Source: Fistulifera solaris
Lineage: Eukaryota
Length of the DNA: 64,000 nt
Direction of reading: 5' to 3'
NCBI GenBank assembly: GCA_030295235.1
Contig: AP026125.1
Span: forward strand, 1,178,001-1,242,000
In this document: one piece after another, positions 25,078-38,966 of the stretch
How the letters are laid out: each line of letters starts with the position of its first letter
Position numbering within the stretch: the stretch's first letter is position 1
Translations under genes and position numbers: made by a program
The notes under the pieces: generated by a model
The model's input: only the letters and a program-made list of their open reading frames with translations
Databases searched by the model: none
Told to the model about the DNA's origin: nothing

Positions 25078-26817
25078 TGTAAGGCGTTGAAAATTTGGGT
25101 ATCAGTCAAAGCAGAGGGAATCAGCGATGTCATTTACCTTTCACTTAATCTGACGCTAGAGGTTGTTGATAGAAGACTCACTCCTCCTCTCCTGTCAATT
25201 AATTTGACTCTTTCACAACTGCTTGGACCGAACGGAGTGTCGGCGTGATGGTTGTTCTTGGTTGGATTGTCTCGTGTCTCTTTCGGCACGAATGGGGCAC
25301 AAACAGCCTGCCAGCGCGGAAAAGAGGAAGTTGGAGGCAGTTGGGAGTTCAAAACGCGAACCAATGACGGCTGAATGGGAACACCGACCACCATAGTGAC
25401 AGACAAAAGCGCGTGTCGTGCTATAATACTTATGTTATGAAGCCGTTAACCGTTAAATCGCTTAACTACTATCCTCTAAATAGACGTTGAAGCGTCTATG
25501 TAACTATGCGATGGTGGTGTGACATTCGTCACCCAATTCAAGATCCAAACCACCGTGCCATCTTCAAACTGCGACTGTCGGTGCGGTGTCTTTCACGCCA
25601 TGGTTGCACCTTGCGATTTTGTCGCATTGCAAGCAAGAAGCGGAGAGAACAAAGTGAATCATCAAGCCATCAATCTTCGCTAGGCAAGCAAGATCGCATT
25701 TCCCTTGCAATGTGCAAAGATTGAGGGCGCTTTGATCAGTGGAAAGATTACTGCAAACAGTTTGAAACCGATTGAGCTTTATTGCTATTGCGAGTGTCAA
25801 TACAATGAATCAAGGTGATAACCTTCCGGAACCCAGCGTAGACGTCTTTTACTCGTTGTATTCTTGGTTCAGTATTTTAGTTTTGCACGCTTTGCTTCAC
25901 TTGTGGATGGCTGGCAAATGCAAACAACAAACTATATCTGAGATGACGACGAATGAGACGGGAGACACGGGAATCTCGATGGCGAAGCAAAAGTCCTTGA
26001 TTCGTTCTCAGAACGAGAGTTGCACCAATCGTCCTCGTCCTTGGATGGCGACGAGCCTTCTATTTTCTACGAACTTCTGGCGCAAACTGGATCCGAAATG
26101 ACAACGGTAAGACGAAGAATTTGTCATAGCTATGATCAACTTCTTCTAGTTCCTAAACTTTGATAAACCTTGTCGCAGACCTACTCCCGCGAGAATCTTG
26201 TTCGGGAGCAGCTTCAAATGGTGCAATGAGTGCCTTTACAGATCCTAAAAGCAAAAAGAGCGGCGCATTCTTCGACAAACGGGGTCGTGTCTAACATCTC
26301 GTACCGTGACTCGTGACCCCAGCTAGCATAAACTATCAACGACAATCTACGAATGATGAAACTGACGAAGAATGAATCTTCGTCAAATGTTTGTTTATCA
26401 ATGTTTCGGACAATGAAAGATAATTCAGTCGAAAACTCCCAAAATGTATCGATTGACAACAAGAGTACTGCTAATATCGATAATGTATGTATTTTTACAA
26501 ATGAATGTCGCTAAATTTGCAATCCGCTAGGGGACAAGGGCAGGTACAACAGGAATGGCGCGAACTAGATCACTATAAACTAGAGTCGTCTTAGGCCTTA
26601 GACAAATACCAGGTACTGGTACCACACATCATGTCTCATGACTGAAATCCAGTCCTGTCAAAAGTGATTTCACTTTATGTGACTATAGTACAGTCTGTTC
26701 TCGTAAGTGATCGCGTCTTGTTTTCCTCCATGTCCATCGAAACGAACAAAACAAAAATGATTTTTTGATGCCAATAATGACAGGTTCATACAATAATCAA
26801 GGATCAACAGAAATACA

Positions 26818-28357
26818 ATGAGCGATTCTATGAACAAAGTCGCAGAAGACAACTCTAATGGGCGTAACGAGAGTGATGATCTTCCGGACCCTTTGCTGAC
26901 GCTGCCTTTCAACACTTTGCAAGTCGGCGAACATTTCCTGTTGCATTTCAGCGATGGACGACAAGTGTTCGGCCAGTGTTTAACAAAGGTCAAAGGGATG
27001 ACACCTACTGTCAAGATAAACAAGAGATCCTATCCGACCCACAATTTGATCGGTCTTCCGTACGGAACGGTGTTGGAGGTGGAGAGAAATTTTCTTCTTC
27101 CTTTGCCCGCTGGAGAAGACCTAATTCCGTCGAACCCACTTGCTGCGACGAAAGTAGATGAAGAGATTTCCAACGAGAACGATGCCGGGACAGCAGGAGC
27201 TCGCGAGCGCGACAATCGTCACATAGTTGATACGAACACCTCGCAAGCCTTAGATCAGAAAGAACTGGTCGAACTGAGAAACTCCGGCACAGAAGGCGCA
27301 AAAATTGTTGAGAAAATTATCGAAAACTCATCGACTTTTGCTCAGAAAACCGACTATAGTCGCGCAAAATATGTGGTGAGAAAGCAACAGAAGTATCAGC
27401 CCCGCTGTCGGCTAATAAGATGTACGGGGCCGACTATTTGCGAAGCTATGTTTCTCAAGGATGCCAAGAGAATAATGAATATGCGTGACGACACACTGGG
27501 TCAGATTCTTAGCTACGCGAATGTTAGTGCGGGATGTCAGGTTTTGGTTTGGGAGACGTGTTATGGTATTATAACTGGAACATTGGCTCAGCGCATGGGA
27601 GGTTATGGGCAGATTCTATCTATTTACACTGGTCAGCAGCATTCGTTCAACGAAATTCTCAGCAAATTTAATCTCTCCTTCCCCGAATCTTCTTCAATCA
27701 GCTGGGTTCATAGCGGCGATATCTACAGCAATTCTGATGAGAACGATGATGAAGAAGAAGTTGACGTCGAGAAAAAGGAACGAGAGGTAATTCAGTGGCC
27801 TTGTCCGCTTCAGAATCATACACGAAAATATATTGAAACCTTTCCAACACGAGCAAAGCAAGAGCAATTTTTAATGAAACGAGCAGCCCGGTTTGCGAGA
27901 AAATTGACCCGGAGAACTCCTCTAGAAGCGCGCAGTCAGGTTTTGTCTCGACAAAGTGATTGCGTCGTTGTTGCGGTGCGTTATGACGCAACCGAAACTC
28001 TCCTTGCTCTGCTGCCACATTTGGCACCGTCTTGCCCATTTGTGGTATATTGCGAATTTATTGAGCCCTTGACTCTATGCTTTCTTGAACTACAGCGCAA
28101 AAACCTTGCTGTCAATTTAAGATTAAGCGACACGTGGGCACGGGAGTATCAGATTTTACCGGGGCGGACACACCCGAACATGACTATGAGACAGTCAGGG
28201 GGCTTTTTTACTAACGGGGATTAAATTAGACCCCGTGTTTGGAATCAATGAATTGGACGAAGATTTACTCAAGGAGATTCGACAGCAGATGGGAGGCCGT
28301 AGAGGGAAGCGACCGAGAACACCAAACGCAGACGAGAGTAACAAAAAGACGAAATAA
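26818..28357 (+). CDS. TRM6: tRNA (adenine-58-N1)-methyltransferase non-catalytic subunit (frameshift ~28205)
   Basis: LIGLPYG, RDNRHIVD, IIENSSTFAQKTDYSRAKY, MRDDTLGQILSYANV and WAREYQILPGRTHPNM..SGGF. Confidence 0.92.
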
Positions 28358-28388
28358 AACTAGATAGGCGCGTCTCGCGTAGAACATG

Positions 28389-30369
28389 TTATATCTTTCC
28401 GATTTCCTCATATAATGAAATGATGCTTCTGCAGGTTTCTCTGGCTGTTATCTCAACGTCTGTCAAAGTGACAAATTTACTGACATCAAATACGATGTAG
28501 ATCTCATACTGGCCATTTCGTGTCTTGTCTTTTTGCGCAAACACCCATCCCTGCGGCGTAAATGTGCACATCTCGATTGGTAAGCTTTCATCGGAAGCCT
28601 TATCTACTTCTGCCAGAGCATCTTCAAAACATAGGATTATATCCGGAGGTAAGGCAGAAGCAAATACATGGCGACAATCAAATTGATCGAATACACGCCT
28701 AGATAGGTCACGGTATTCGGATTGAGGCTTCGGCGGTGTTGCAGCAGCTGGAGAACGACTATTTCTTTCAGATTTAGCTAAGAGCTGCCTGGAAGGATCT
28801 GGAAACAAGATCAGATTGCCTCGCGCTCGGTCGATAAAAACTATATCCGCTCCTTCCCTTCCAAGTGTTTCTCTACGTCCAGACATATTGTTTGCTGCAA
28901 GACCAATAGAAGGAAAGCGATGCAATGCGTCGGACAAAATAGACTCAAAGCCTCGAAAGAGGTGCACCGACTGGTCAGCGGCTGGCTCAATCCCCTGTTT
29001 CCAAAAAGATAAGAAAGGATAAATCCCCGCAGCAGTACATCGAGGCATAGGCATCCACAGTTTCGATAGAGTTATCGCCGCAATTACAGTCAAGTGAAAC
29101 TGGCAGGCCCCATACCACAGAGTCCTCTGAGGGTCCTTTAAAGCCGTTGGCTTTGTCGAGTGTACTAAGCAGGGCTAGTGGCGGAGGAGGAAGATAACAT
29201 CGATCATCTCGCGAGGCTATCACCGGTGCGAGTTGCATGGAATCTTCTAGTCTCTTGCCCAGCGATAACATCAATTGCGTCAAAGCTCCGGTTCTTCGAC
29301 TGGGAGTAGATGAACGGCTATTAGGCTGACTGACTCTCTGGAGCGATAGCATTTGAAAGCGTATATGCTGCATATAGTTCCAGGTCCAAGACACAGTATC
29401 TTCTGATATTTTGCTGTTCATCATATCGATTTGAAACATGGCTTTCCCGTCAAACATACAAGTCACGTGGAGAATGTAAGACGAATCTTGGTTTTGACCT
29501 TTCAGAAAAGTAGCAATGGCATCTTGCACTCGAGAAGCTTGCTCCAATGGTTGAAGCAAAGGAAGCAAAAAGCAAGTGTGTGCCCCATCCATTCTGTAAG
29601 CTGGGGCTGGCATTTCTTCCGTAAAGCTACAAAACATGTTCGGTGCGCTTGCTTGTTGATTGAGTTGACCGATGTATGCATCGTAGTGAATTCTCAAATC
29701 TCGACGGAGAGGGATGATTGGGAGATTTTCGTAAAGATCGTCGATGCGGCCGATTAGCTCCAACGTTCGACGGTCATTGTTATCAAGAGGAAATCGCCGA
29801 TGCCGACTCTCCTCGTGCGATATCTCTTTCCACAGGCGATAAATGGGCTCCATTTGGGTGTAGATCAATCTTGTTTGATTGGGCTCGTGAATGGAGCTCA
29901 ACCTCCGATGAATACCACCACCACGCAGCAAACAAAAGAGACCATGCGAGCGTATAAGAGATGTCCTGATAGCCGAAGGTGTAAGAGATTGACTAGCCTG
30001 AACAATCGCAACGACTGATTGTGGTTCTACCCGAACAAAAATGAGAACAGAGTCCCCCAAGTAAAATTCTTGGGTAGCGTCTGTTTCAAGCGAAGATGAT
30101 GACGCGGATGAAGCAAAGGAATCGGGTAACTGATATAGCGCCTTACAAAGCCCATTGAAAGTTACAGCTTCTCTCGCTTTCTCGACAGAACTAGAGGCGG
30201 CCCATTGATTAAGTGATGACGATCCATTGTAATAATACAAAATTTCTTCGCGGAGTGTTTCTTCGGAAGCACCATCGCTTAAAGATTGTCCAGTTGAAAG
30301 CTCCGCGAGCTGCCAGTGCGCAATCAGAAGTTTTTGAATGGGCGGAATGGTAAATCTGTTGTGATCCAT
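28389..30369 (-). CDS. CCZ1/HPS4-like longin-domain protein (putative MON1-CCZ1 Rab7 GEF subunit; frameshift ~29000)
   Basis: N-terminal EEILYYY...GLCKALYQL and C-terminal GWVFAQK..EIYIVFD..TLTDVE resemble the first and third longin domains of CCZ1. Confidence 0.5.
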
Positions 30370-31326
30370 TCTGTGTTTGTCGCGCACTCAGATTTCATGA
30401 ACGTTTCAGGCACATTCTAGAAGTTATTGAGAATATCGCTGATTTGCTCATTGATAGGTTCCTTTCTGCCACTGAACTCTATTAACGTGTCGACGAAGTT
30501 GCATGAGAAGAGAATACGAGATACAATTTACGAATAATAACTTCATATCTTCACAACATCGAATGTTTTTATTGTCCGGAAAGGCGAGGTGCTGTTATCA
30601 AACATCAAGCCTTCAGAAAATCTGGGTGATCGCTTGTACCCGTACCCATAAAATCTGGGAGTGCGGTGTTTTCACGTTCCCAGAACATCTGGGTGTGGTA
30701 TTTCCACGTGATTTGGGTCTGCAGTACTGTAAACATTGAAGACTGCGTTTTGCAAGGCTCTTCGACGTAAAAGCTAATGACATGTAATTCAATTGCTGTA
30801 AAGTCTGTTGCATTGCACAACGATAAAGGAGCGCAAGATGCTTCGCTGAACGAACCAATTGTAATAGGCAGCATTGTGTCGCTCAGTCGCTCAAGAATAA
30901 GAATTCATGACAGAAATGCAATCTTGGATAATGTTTCATACACTTTGAACAATAGTAAATACGGTTGTTCTTCATTTCAGGCAGACCGAAATACTGAATT
31001 ACTGTGTTTTCTCGCGGAAGGGAAATTCATGGCGTACTTCCACGTGTACTGTAACCTTACCAGTATGGTGCCAGTAGGATTTCTACATGGAATTTATTCG
31101 CAATGTTATGTTTCGCCGTTTCGCCCGGTTTGCTGTTTGCTTTGAAGCCGTACAATGGTGGAAGGAAACAAATAAAGAGGAATCTTTCATTATACTGGTA
31201 GCACAGCTGTTCTTTTCTAGAAGAAAGACACCCCAACACTACCGCATCGAGTACCGCGCTTCTTTTCGCGCCTTCGGATTATCGTTCTTTCGCACTTGGC
31301 CTTTTTCTTTCCAAGCGATAGCAACC

Positions 31327-33762
31327 ATGTCGTTAGCCACTACCGGAGTCGGCGGCGGAATGGGCGGCGGAGGACTTACCATGGCCCATCACGCCGCTGG
31401 GGCTCAGCATAATGCAGCTCCTCCGCCCCCAGATACTTCTCATATGAGTGGGGCGGGCCCTATTTTTATGGGAGCGGATCTCACGGATAAGAATCAGGGC
31501 TTGTCATTGAAGCAGGTCAAAAATGTATCGCATTTACCTCTGGTAGGAATTGATTTACATTCCAGTGAACCCCTTGTTGCGTATTTCCCCCCGAAACCCG
31601 ACGATCCGAGTGGCGGGGCGACTCCAGTGCTCGTTGGGAAAATGAAATCAGCGTTGTATTTGAAGTCGAACGAAACAGCGCACAAAACCGTAAAGAAGTA
31701 CCTGGCTATGTCCAAAACTTTCCGTTCTCTTCAGACAGAAGCACTATCCGTTCCTTCAGACAAAGATGCTGTGGTCATTAGTAAGCCGCATGTGTGGTTG
31801 GGGCTCCGCCGCATCGACGACGCCCCGAAATCGGTCCGCGATCAGCTGAACGTTTCCTCCGACACGGTATCACACGCGATTGCCGAGGAAGTGCCACGAG
31901 GGGTTGGTGCGGCGCTTGTGAATAGTACACTGGACGGATCCGAATCGTCGGGTGACGATTTCGATAGGGTGGTGTGGAAGGTTCGTTTGTGTGAGTCAAA
32001 GAAAGCATTTCCGATTCTACCAGAAGAGGCCGTACAAACTCTGCTACGACAAGCGCAGTATCATGTCGCTGTGAAGTGCAATGAAGATCTGGAAAGCGAG
32101 GAGATCATTGATTATCCTCTCGCAATTTCTTTGCCCACTTGGGCGTTTCATGACGCGGCCGTCGAAGCTCTTTTGGAGGCGACGGACAACAGTGCCGTGA
32201 TCGTTCCTCGTAGTGTCGCTGCCTTGGCTGGTGCTCTTCTACCACCTCCTCCTAACGGAGGAAGTCCATCGCCTTTGTTGACACGCATCTTGACCGTAAG
32301 AAAGAACAGCAAACAAGAATTTCAAAAGGTGCTGGCGCAGAATCCTGAGGCTATCTGGGACGACGAAATAACTTTGATCATGGTTGGCATGACCGAAGAA
32401 GGTCTTGAGACTACAGCTGTTCAAGTCTCTTCGGAGAATGGTCAGAATGTTTGCGCGATTTTCGGTGACTTCAAAGTTATCTCGAATGTCTCTTATCAAG
32501 ATAGTGACCCGGTTTCGCAACTGAAACGTTGTGCGTTGGAGCTCGAGAAGGAGGTGGATCGCATCGCTCCGGAAGCCGATGGTCCCACTGGCATTGTATT
32601 TTTGGATCACAAATTGAGCAGGACGATCTCAAATCAGAGTGGGAGAATATTAAGGCGTCGTTATCGGAGTGGAGCTCTGTTCCTGTGTACAACACCAAGC
32701 AAGATACGGTGGCCCTCGGTACGGCAGTTCTAGGAGGCGTCAGCCATGGGCGCTCAACCCGGATACGCGCAGCTGGTAGCAAGAAGACGAAGCCGGAGTT
32801 GGCGCTGCAAGTGCAAAATGTGGCACCCATGGCAGTTGGTGTACGAATGTACTATCACGGGAAGATATCACCTAGCAAATGGTCCAATATCCCCGTGAAA
32901 ACGATATTTGATTTCGATCGCCGCGTACCAGCCGGACCGTTCCCTATTGAACTAATCGCTTCCGAATGCGCTGTATACCGTGAGCATGGTGCTGACAAAT
33001 TGTCAGAGGAGGACTTTCTCAAGGCGACCAAGGAAATGGAGGGCGTCAAAGGTATACCCAAGCGAGAAGAAGCAGCATTGGATTTGCGAGTACAAATTGT
33101 GCAGAAGTGGTCTCGTGACGGCGAATGGAAACAGGTGGGCGATGTAATGCAACCGCTAGTCAGAATGACCGAACGCGATGATAAAGCAGACACCTCAAAG
33201 GTTGAAGCTGTTGAAAGTGTCACTCTTGAGCTCAGCTTGGGAGTCAACGGAATGATAACAAGCAATCTTGTCGGGGAACGGTAAGTGATTGAACGAGTTA
33301 CTTCTGTGTGCAACCAGGTGCTAACAATTAGTTTTGGTCTCCAGACAATCTGTCGTGCAAGCGACCAAGTCAGCCTTTCAGTCGACAATGAGATACTACA
33401 TTGGCATCATCGTTGCAATCCTCTTCTTTGGTGGTTTCATGGTTCGTTCATACTACGAAGAATACGCGTTTAAGCGGGATGTGAAGCGCCTTTTGGCGTA
33501 CTACAAGCACGTGATTCCGGGTAGTATTTCTGATGGCGATGAAAACAATGCCCGCTACTTGGTGTGGAAGTACCGCAATCAGAAGGAAAAGCTTTGGAAG
33601 ACGCTCGAAAAGAAGTACGGAGAGCCTGTTCTTTATCCTGATGAATGGGAAGAGAAAGCGAAAGAGGAGAGCGAAGTTGGCGGCTCTGACGAGATGAATT
33701 TAGATAAAGAATCGGACAAGGACGCCAAGGGCACTGGTGATGACCAAACGGACGAACTATAA
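31327..33762 (+). CDS. Highly divergent Hsp70/actin-fold protein with C-terminal TM helix (frameshift ~32600, intron ~33281-33343)
   Basis: Residual Hsp70 landmarks in order: LVGIDL, PEEAVQTLLR, LAISLP, AALA, TVALGTAVL, LQVQNVAPMAVGV, IFDFDRRVP; TM YYIGIIVAILFFGGFMV. Confidence 0.6.
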
Positions 33763-33935
33763 ACAAATGCCACCTTTCTAATCCTAGTAATATCATACTC
33801 CGTATTTCGTTCAAAAAGTTACTATAATTTCATCATGGCCAGCTGTTTAGTACAAACGAATAAGTTTTGAGCGTAGGGCGGGTGATTACAGATTGACGCG
33901 GCTCGATGTAGCAATGACAAACCATTCAGCAAAAT

Positions 33936-34465
33936 TTACAAAGGGACTCCTGTCCAGCCTATCGGGGTCGCTTTATGTCGGTCTTGTAGACCTTGAAAGA
34001 CTGGATTGGGTTGCGAATGCGTCACATCCTGGCTGAAAGGACTGTTTTGTGTAGAAGACATCGTTGAAGCCGTTGACGAAGACGATGCTGGTTTCGCTAG
34101 TGAGCGAGAGTAGTACATTTCAGGTGTTGGAGGTGTCGTTCGAATATACCACTGAAAAACAAAGAAAAAATTAGCAATGACAGGTTAGAAATTCATGGTT
34201 CGGTTCTTTAGCAATGCAATTCTTAAAGAACTTACACCCCATTGTGGACTTTCGAGGCTCCCCGCCTCTGCTAATGGGTCAACTCTCGTCCTTTGTGGCA
34301 AGGAAGCGAAATCTTGCTGTTGTTTCGATAGTCCTTTTGGTAGATAACGGCTATTCTCGTCTCCTGATAACTTATTTTGTACTGATCTCGTGCGACTCAT
34401 CGCTGACCGTTGTGGAACGATTTCGGGCCGCGGCTCGTGCTTTGCGTTGCCTGATGATTGCCCAT
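33936..34465 (-). CDS. Small hypothetical protein (possible N-myristoylated MG start; intron ~34153-34235)
   Basis: SPQWG|WYIRTTPPTP joined across a GT-AG intron; frameshift near the 5' end. Confidence 0.45.
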
Positions 34466-34807
34466 GATGTATTGTTGCGAATGATTAGATTTGAAAGGAC
34501 AAAAAGGACAGGTGAGGTAATCTTGCTTGTGAAGATTCAACGTTTCAATCATCATGGGGTCAAAAATGTGGATGTTGATGGCTGGTGTGATGTTTGATGG
34601 AAGAAGGAAGTCAAAAACTTGGACAAAAAGTTCGCGTGCCGATGACGATAAAATTTTTCACGGTTCCGACCACAGAACAAAATAAGAGTGTCAATCAGTC
34701 ACTATAGGCTTCACAAGTAGGATGGTGTCAAGAAACTGTGGTGTCAAAATTCGAATGCCGCGATGGCTTCATTACCCGGCACTGAAAACAGGTTTTATGA
34801 AATCAAT

Positions 34808-35320
34808 TTAAGTCATGGACCGACACCGAGCAACGAGCAACGCTTTCGACTTTCGACAAACAAAAGGTGCGGTTCGGTACGAAGCGTGCAACCAACGATG
34901 ATCATGATGGCTTACCTCGAACGCAAGATTATCACCGTTCTCATCCGACCAGCTCAGTTTCTTCTTCAGAACAGAGCACGACGAAGCTCGCTGTAAATTG
35001 AGATGGACAGCCGCCATACGCTCCTGCAGAAATTCCTGTTGGTACGTGCTCATATCGGATACTTCGGATCGAACCATGCTAGGCGAGCCCTTGTGAAAGT
35101 GCGAACCTGACAGATTATCTGAACAACGTCGGAGATTATCAATGCTTTGCCTTTGATCTTCGCTGTCTTGTTCTATTTCGTCTTTTCTTCGGCAGACATC
35201 CTCGTCGTGATTGGCCCCTAACGCCCACAAGACCAAACCAATCGGCGCTCGTACGAAGTTGAAAAAACCAATGTCGCCGACACTATCGGACTCTAAATGA
35301 TGATTGAACGCCATTTTCAA
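34808..35320 (-). CDS. Hypothetical protein with KKKLSWSD (RVxF-like PP1-docking) motif
   Basis: 170-aa ORF containing SVLKKKLSWSDENG. Confidence 0.45.
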   Translation of the reverse strand: MKMAFNHHLESDSVGDIGFFNFVRAPIGLVLWALGANHDEDVCRRKDEIEQDSEDQRQSIDNLRRCSDNLSGSHFHKGSPSMVRSEVSDMSTYQQEFLQERMAAVHLNLQRASSCSVLKKKLSWSDENGDNLAFEVSHHDHRWLHASYRTAPFVCRKSKALLVARCRSMT

Positions 35321-35939
35321 GACGCAAAGGATTCCAAAGATACACAGAGTTATTGCCGAAAGATAAAATGGAATCGTTTTGGAATGAAGCCGATCTTGTC
35401 TTTGGTTGGGACAGGTGACAGCTGCAATCTGCCTCCCTGTATGCTGTATACAGTAGCCGCCGAAAATCTACACTGTACAAGATACTGTTCCTTAGTTCAA
35501 GATCGACTTTGCTCTAGGCTAGACTGTACATTCTGCCAAGTTGAATCACATAACTAGGTTCTACTTGAATGCCGCTCGATACTCGCTCGCCTAGTCTACG
35601 CAGAATTTTTGTCGAGGAGCTTTGGAGCTTCTAACCTCGAGTGCAAGTGCACCAGATCCGAACACCCTAGATTTTACAAATCCATGCTCTTGCGCTAAAT
35701 AAGAGTGATAAATTTTCTAAGCGATCGATTATTATATAATGTTCTTATTCACATCACTTGGGACCAGTCAGCGCGTATTGTTCGTCGATAACGCAGGCGA
35801 AGCATTTGTGATAGCACAACTGCCGGAATGAACCAAAGGTCGAAATCGGTCGAGTATCGTGTCCACTGATGTGGCTTTGACCAGAGGGTTGTTTGTAATC
35901 GCATGATTCAGACATTCGGGGCAATCTACAACTGACGGA

Positions 35940-37365
35940 TCACTCATCTTCCAATCCGAATCGCTTGAGACTGTAAAACGATGTACAGCCCTGTTTGAGA
36001 CGACCTTCATAATTGTAAACGCGGGATATTTTTGAGCAGACGATATTGGGTAACACTATTTCCTCAGCTGCGTCTTCTCGAGTTGACAGCGCTGCCTTTT
36101 GGTAACAGCAAAACTCAGTATAAAAAGGTCTGATTTGTCTTGTTCGATCAAAGTTCAAAAAGCGAGGCACTTGAATGGATTTTTGAACCGACGAGAAAAC
36201 CAACATTGTCTCCCGTCCAATCAATGTAGACCATTCGCTCCTCCTTAGGTATCCGCCTGGATAATCCTTCATTGACGCAGACTGTACCAGCAAGGTCCGA
36301 TTTCAGAGCATCTGCAATCGACGCACCCAGTGCTTTTCCAAAATCGTTTACTTGTCGGATTTCTTCTCCAAAGTTCCACATCCAGCGCCAGGCAACTTTT
36401 TGCACCCCTTGCGACCAACTAGCGAACGGTATAACTTCGTTTGTTGCACTTTCCCGCGATGTACCAAATCCTTTTCCTCGTTGCAAAGGTGATATCGGCA
36501 CTTGTGGGAGATCACGTATAACTGAATCGCCGAGCCAAACGCCAGAACTAAGCTCAAGTAAGCTAACTAGATGCGGCTCGTAGGGCTGAGTACCAGTAGT
36601 TTGTTCCATCGATTTGGTAGACGTCTGGGGGTACGCATCCTCAGTCGACACACTGGTCGTTCCGTTCATGTTACGTGTTAGTTTCTCGACAAGACGATCC
36701 ACGTCTCCTTTCATTTCCATCAAATCTTGCGGCGTTAATTTCCCAGTCATTTTGTCCTTTATAGTGCTGTCATTTGATATTCGGTCTTCATCCGCAACGA
36801 CCACCCGCATGAGCTGCTGATCGACTCCATAAAACGCTAAACAACGAGATCTTGTGTGATCGCTCGTAGCAATACAGTGCTCAATGACAAATCCTTGTAA
36901 CTTGTCGGTGCCGATGAGCGTCGCGGGGAAATCAGGAAGTGTAGCATCCAAAGAATACGATCCGTCGACATCATCCACATCCATATGTGAGTCTGTAAGC
37001 GATACTTTGCGCGTGGATAATTCACCACTTTCCCATTGAAAATCTTCCGTCATGGTAAAGTGCCGCTTTTGCAAGTTGACGCCGAACCGGATGGTGGATG
37101 TGTACGTCGGCGACGCTTTTCGTTGCACGATTCCTGCCGCCACATCGGATGTTACGGCGAAAGAGACCGCTTTTCCTTTCCATATTCCTTCATGAAAGTC
37201 AGTAATCGATCGTAGAGCTGCAGTTTCTGGATTTTCGTCGCCGTAGCTGCTGAACAGAGGAAAGCAAGGGCGACGAGGCGGCGCCCGCGACAATGAGGTG
37301 AACGAATTAACATGATTAACGAACAGTGCAGCAAGAGTCAGCCGCCACAGTCGAACAGTCATCAT
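35940..37365 (-). CDS. Plastid-targeted DUF3598-like protein (two beta-barrel repeats; frameshift ~36180)
   Basis: Signal peptide ending VNS|F; repeated FHEGIWKG and SSGVWLG motifs; C-terminal SRVYNYEG. Confidence 0.55.
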
Positions 37366-37957
37366 TATACGCTTGTGCAAGTCTGCTAACGTGCGCTTGG
37401 TTATCTTTGGCCGTGGGGTGCGATATTCTCGATCGTTAGATTATACTCATGATGATGGATGCGGAAAAAGGGCAACACATTTTTTCGTCGGTTGGCCAGT
37501 TAACGCGCCTGTTTAGCATGACGTCATGCCAGCACCTACATTGTACAGTTAAACGTACTGTAAAGAAAAGGTGTCAGCAAAAGTGTTGTCTTGACGTCTT
37601 ACCAGCATTCAGCTTATACCTAACCTTACACGCTTTGTCGGTTCGCTTTTACTGCTTACCGAGTTACTTTTCTCGAGCTGCCTCCACTCGCTCTCATCTC
37701 GAGCCGATACTCCAACAGAGAGAAACAACGTCCTGTTGGATCAAGGAGTCTATCGTTTTCCTCTTTTATCAATTTCGAAGGTGTGTTTGCTGTAGCAGTT
37801 TACATCTGTCTGTAGTTTGTTGCTGCGAAATCGAAGTGGAGAGAACTTAGGCTGTTTTTCGAGTAAACCAGACAAATCCTGAATTTTGTAACATCAAAAA
37901 GAAACGGTCATCTAACAATATTTCTTTCCTTCTATTCACACAGTCAATTATAGAACA

Positions 37958-38536
37958 ATGGGTATCGATCTGAAAGCAGGAGGCCGCCGCGTGGGGCACA
38001 AAAGCTCCATGAAGAAGGTAAAAACCCTCAACCCTTACAACAGACTTTTGATCAAGTTGTACAAATTCCTTTCTCGCCGAACGGACTCCAAATTCTGCGC
38101 CACTGTCTTGAAGCGTCTGCACATGAGCAAGGTTAACAAACCACCGATCGGTCTCAACCGATTGGCTCGATGCATGACGAATAAGGACGACAAGACGGCT
38201 GTTATCGTCGGAAAGGTCACAGACGATGTTCGTATGTTGGACTGCCCCAAACTCTCGGTATGTGCTTTGGGATTCACGGAGACTGCCCGCAAGCGCATTG
38301 TCGCTGCCGGTGGTGAGTGCATTACTCTAGATCAGCTCGCGTTGCGTGCCCCCAAGGGAAAGAACACGGTCCTCTTGCGTGGTCCCAAGTCTCGTGCTGC
38401 CTTGGCGCACTTTGGTCACAGAACCACGGTCAACAACCCTCACACGCACAATGGTGTCAAGCCTTACGTGCGATCCAAAGGACGAAAGTTCGAGCGTGCT
38501 CGTGGTCGTCGTCGCTCTCGTGGTTTCAAGGTGTAA
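37958..38536 (+). CDS. RPL18: 60S ribosomal protein L18 (eL18)
   Basis: [40 protein letters not shown] and [25 protein letters not shown]. Confidence 0.98.
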   Translation: MGIDLKAGGRRVGHKSSMKKVKTLNPYNRLLIKLYKFLSRRTDSKFCATVLKRLHMSKVNKPPIGLNRLARCMTNKDDKTAVIVGKVTDDVRMLDCPKLSVCALGFTETARKRIVAAGGECITLDQLALRAPKGKNTVLLRGPKSRAALAHFGHRTTVNNPHTHNGVKPYVRSKGRKFERARGRRRSRGFKV

Positions 38537-38966
38537 TCACTTGGTATTTAATAACAGTAATTTACTAGGAATGCTCCTCAAACTCATTCATTGTTATAAT
38601 ATAAGTCAATTACGAGGGATCTACATTTTACGAGCATGTTTCTGTTTTACGGAGTATATGTTGTTCGATCATGCTAATGATAAGTAGCTAAGTGCTACAT
38701 CTCCTTTAGCTTTAGGGGCTACTGATCTTGCTAGAGGGTTAGCTAAACTGTGTTAATGTATCCTAAAAAACAGTATACGGAGTATCCATTTATCTCCGTT
38801 TCTTATAATCATGCTACGATATCTGTTGTGAATATGCGTGTTGCCTCGTCATCGACGATCAAAGCGTCAAAGCTGGACAAAGCCGTAAGCCGTACATAAG
38901 TACCAGTAGGAGAAGTGGTCTAGCTTTGGATAAGAACCGGAGGCTAATATAAACGACAATAGAGTT

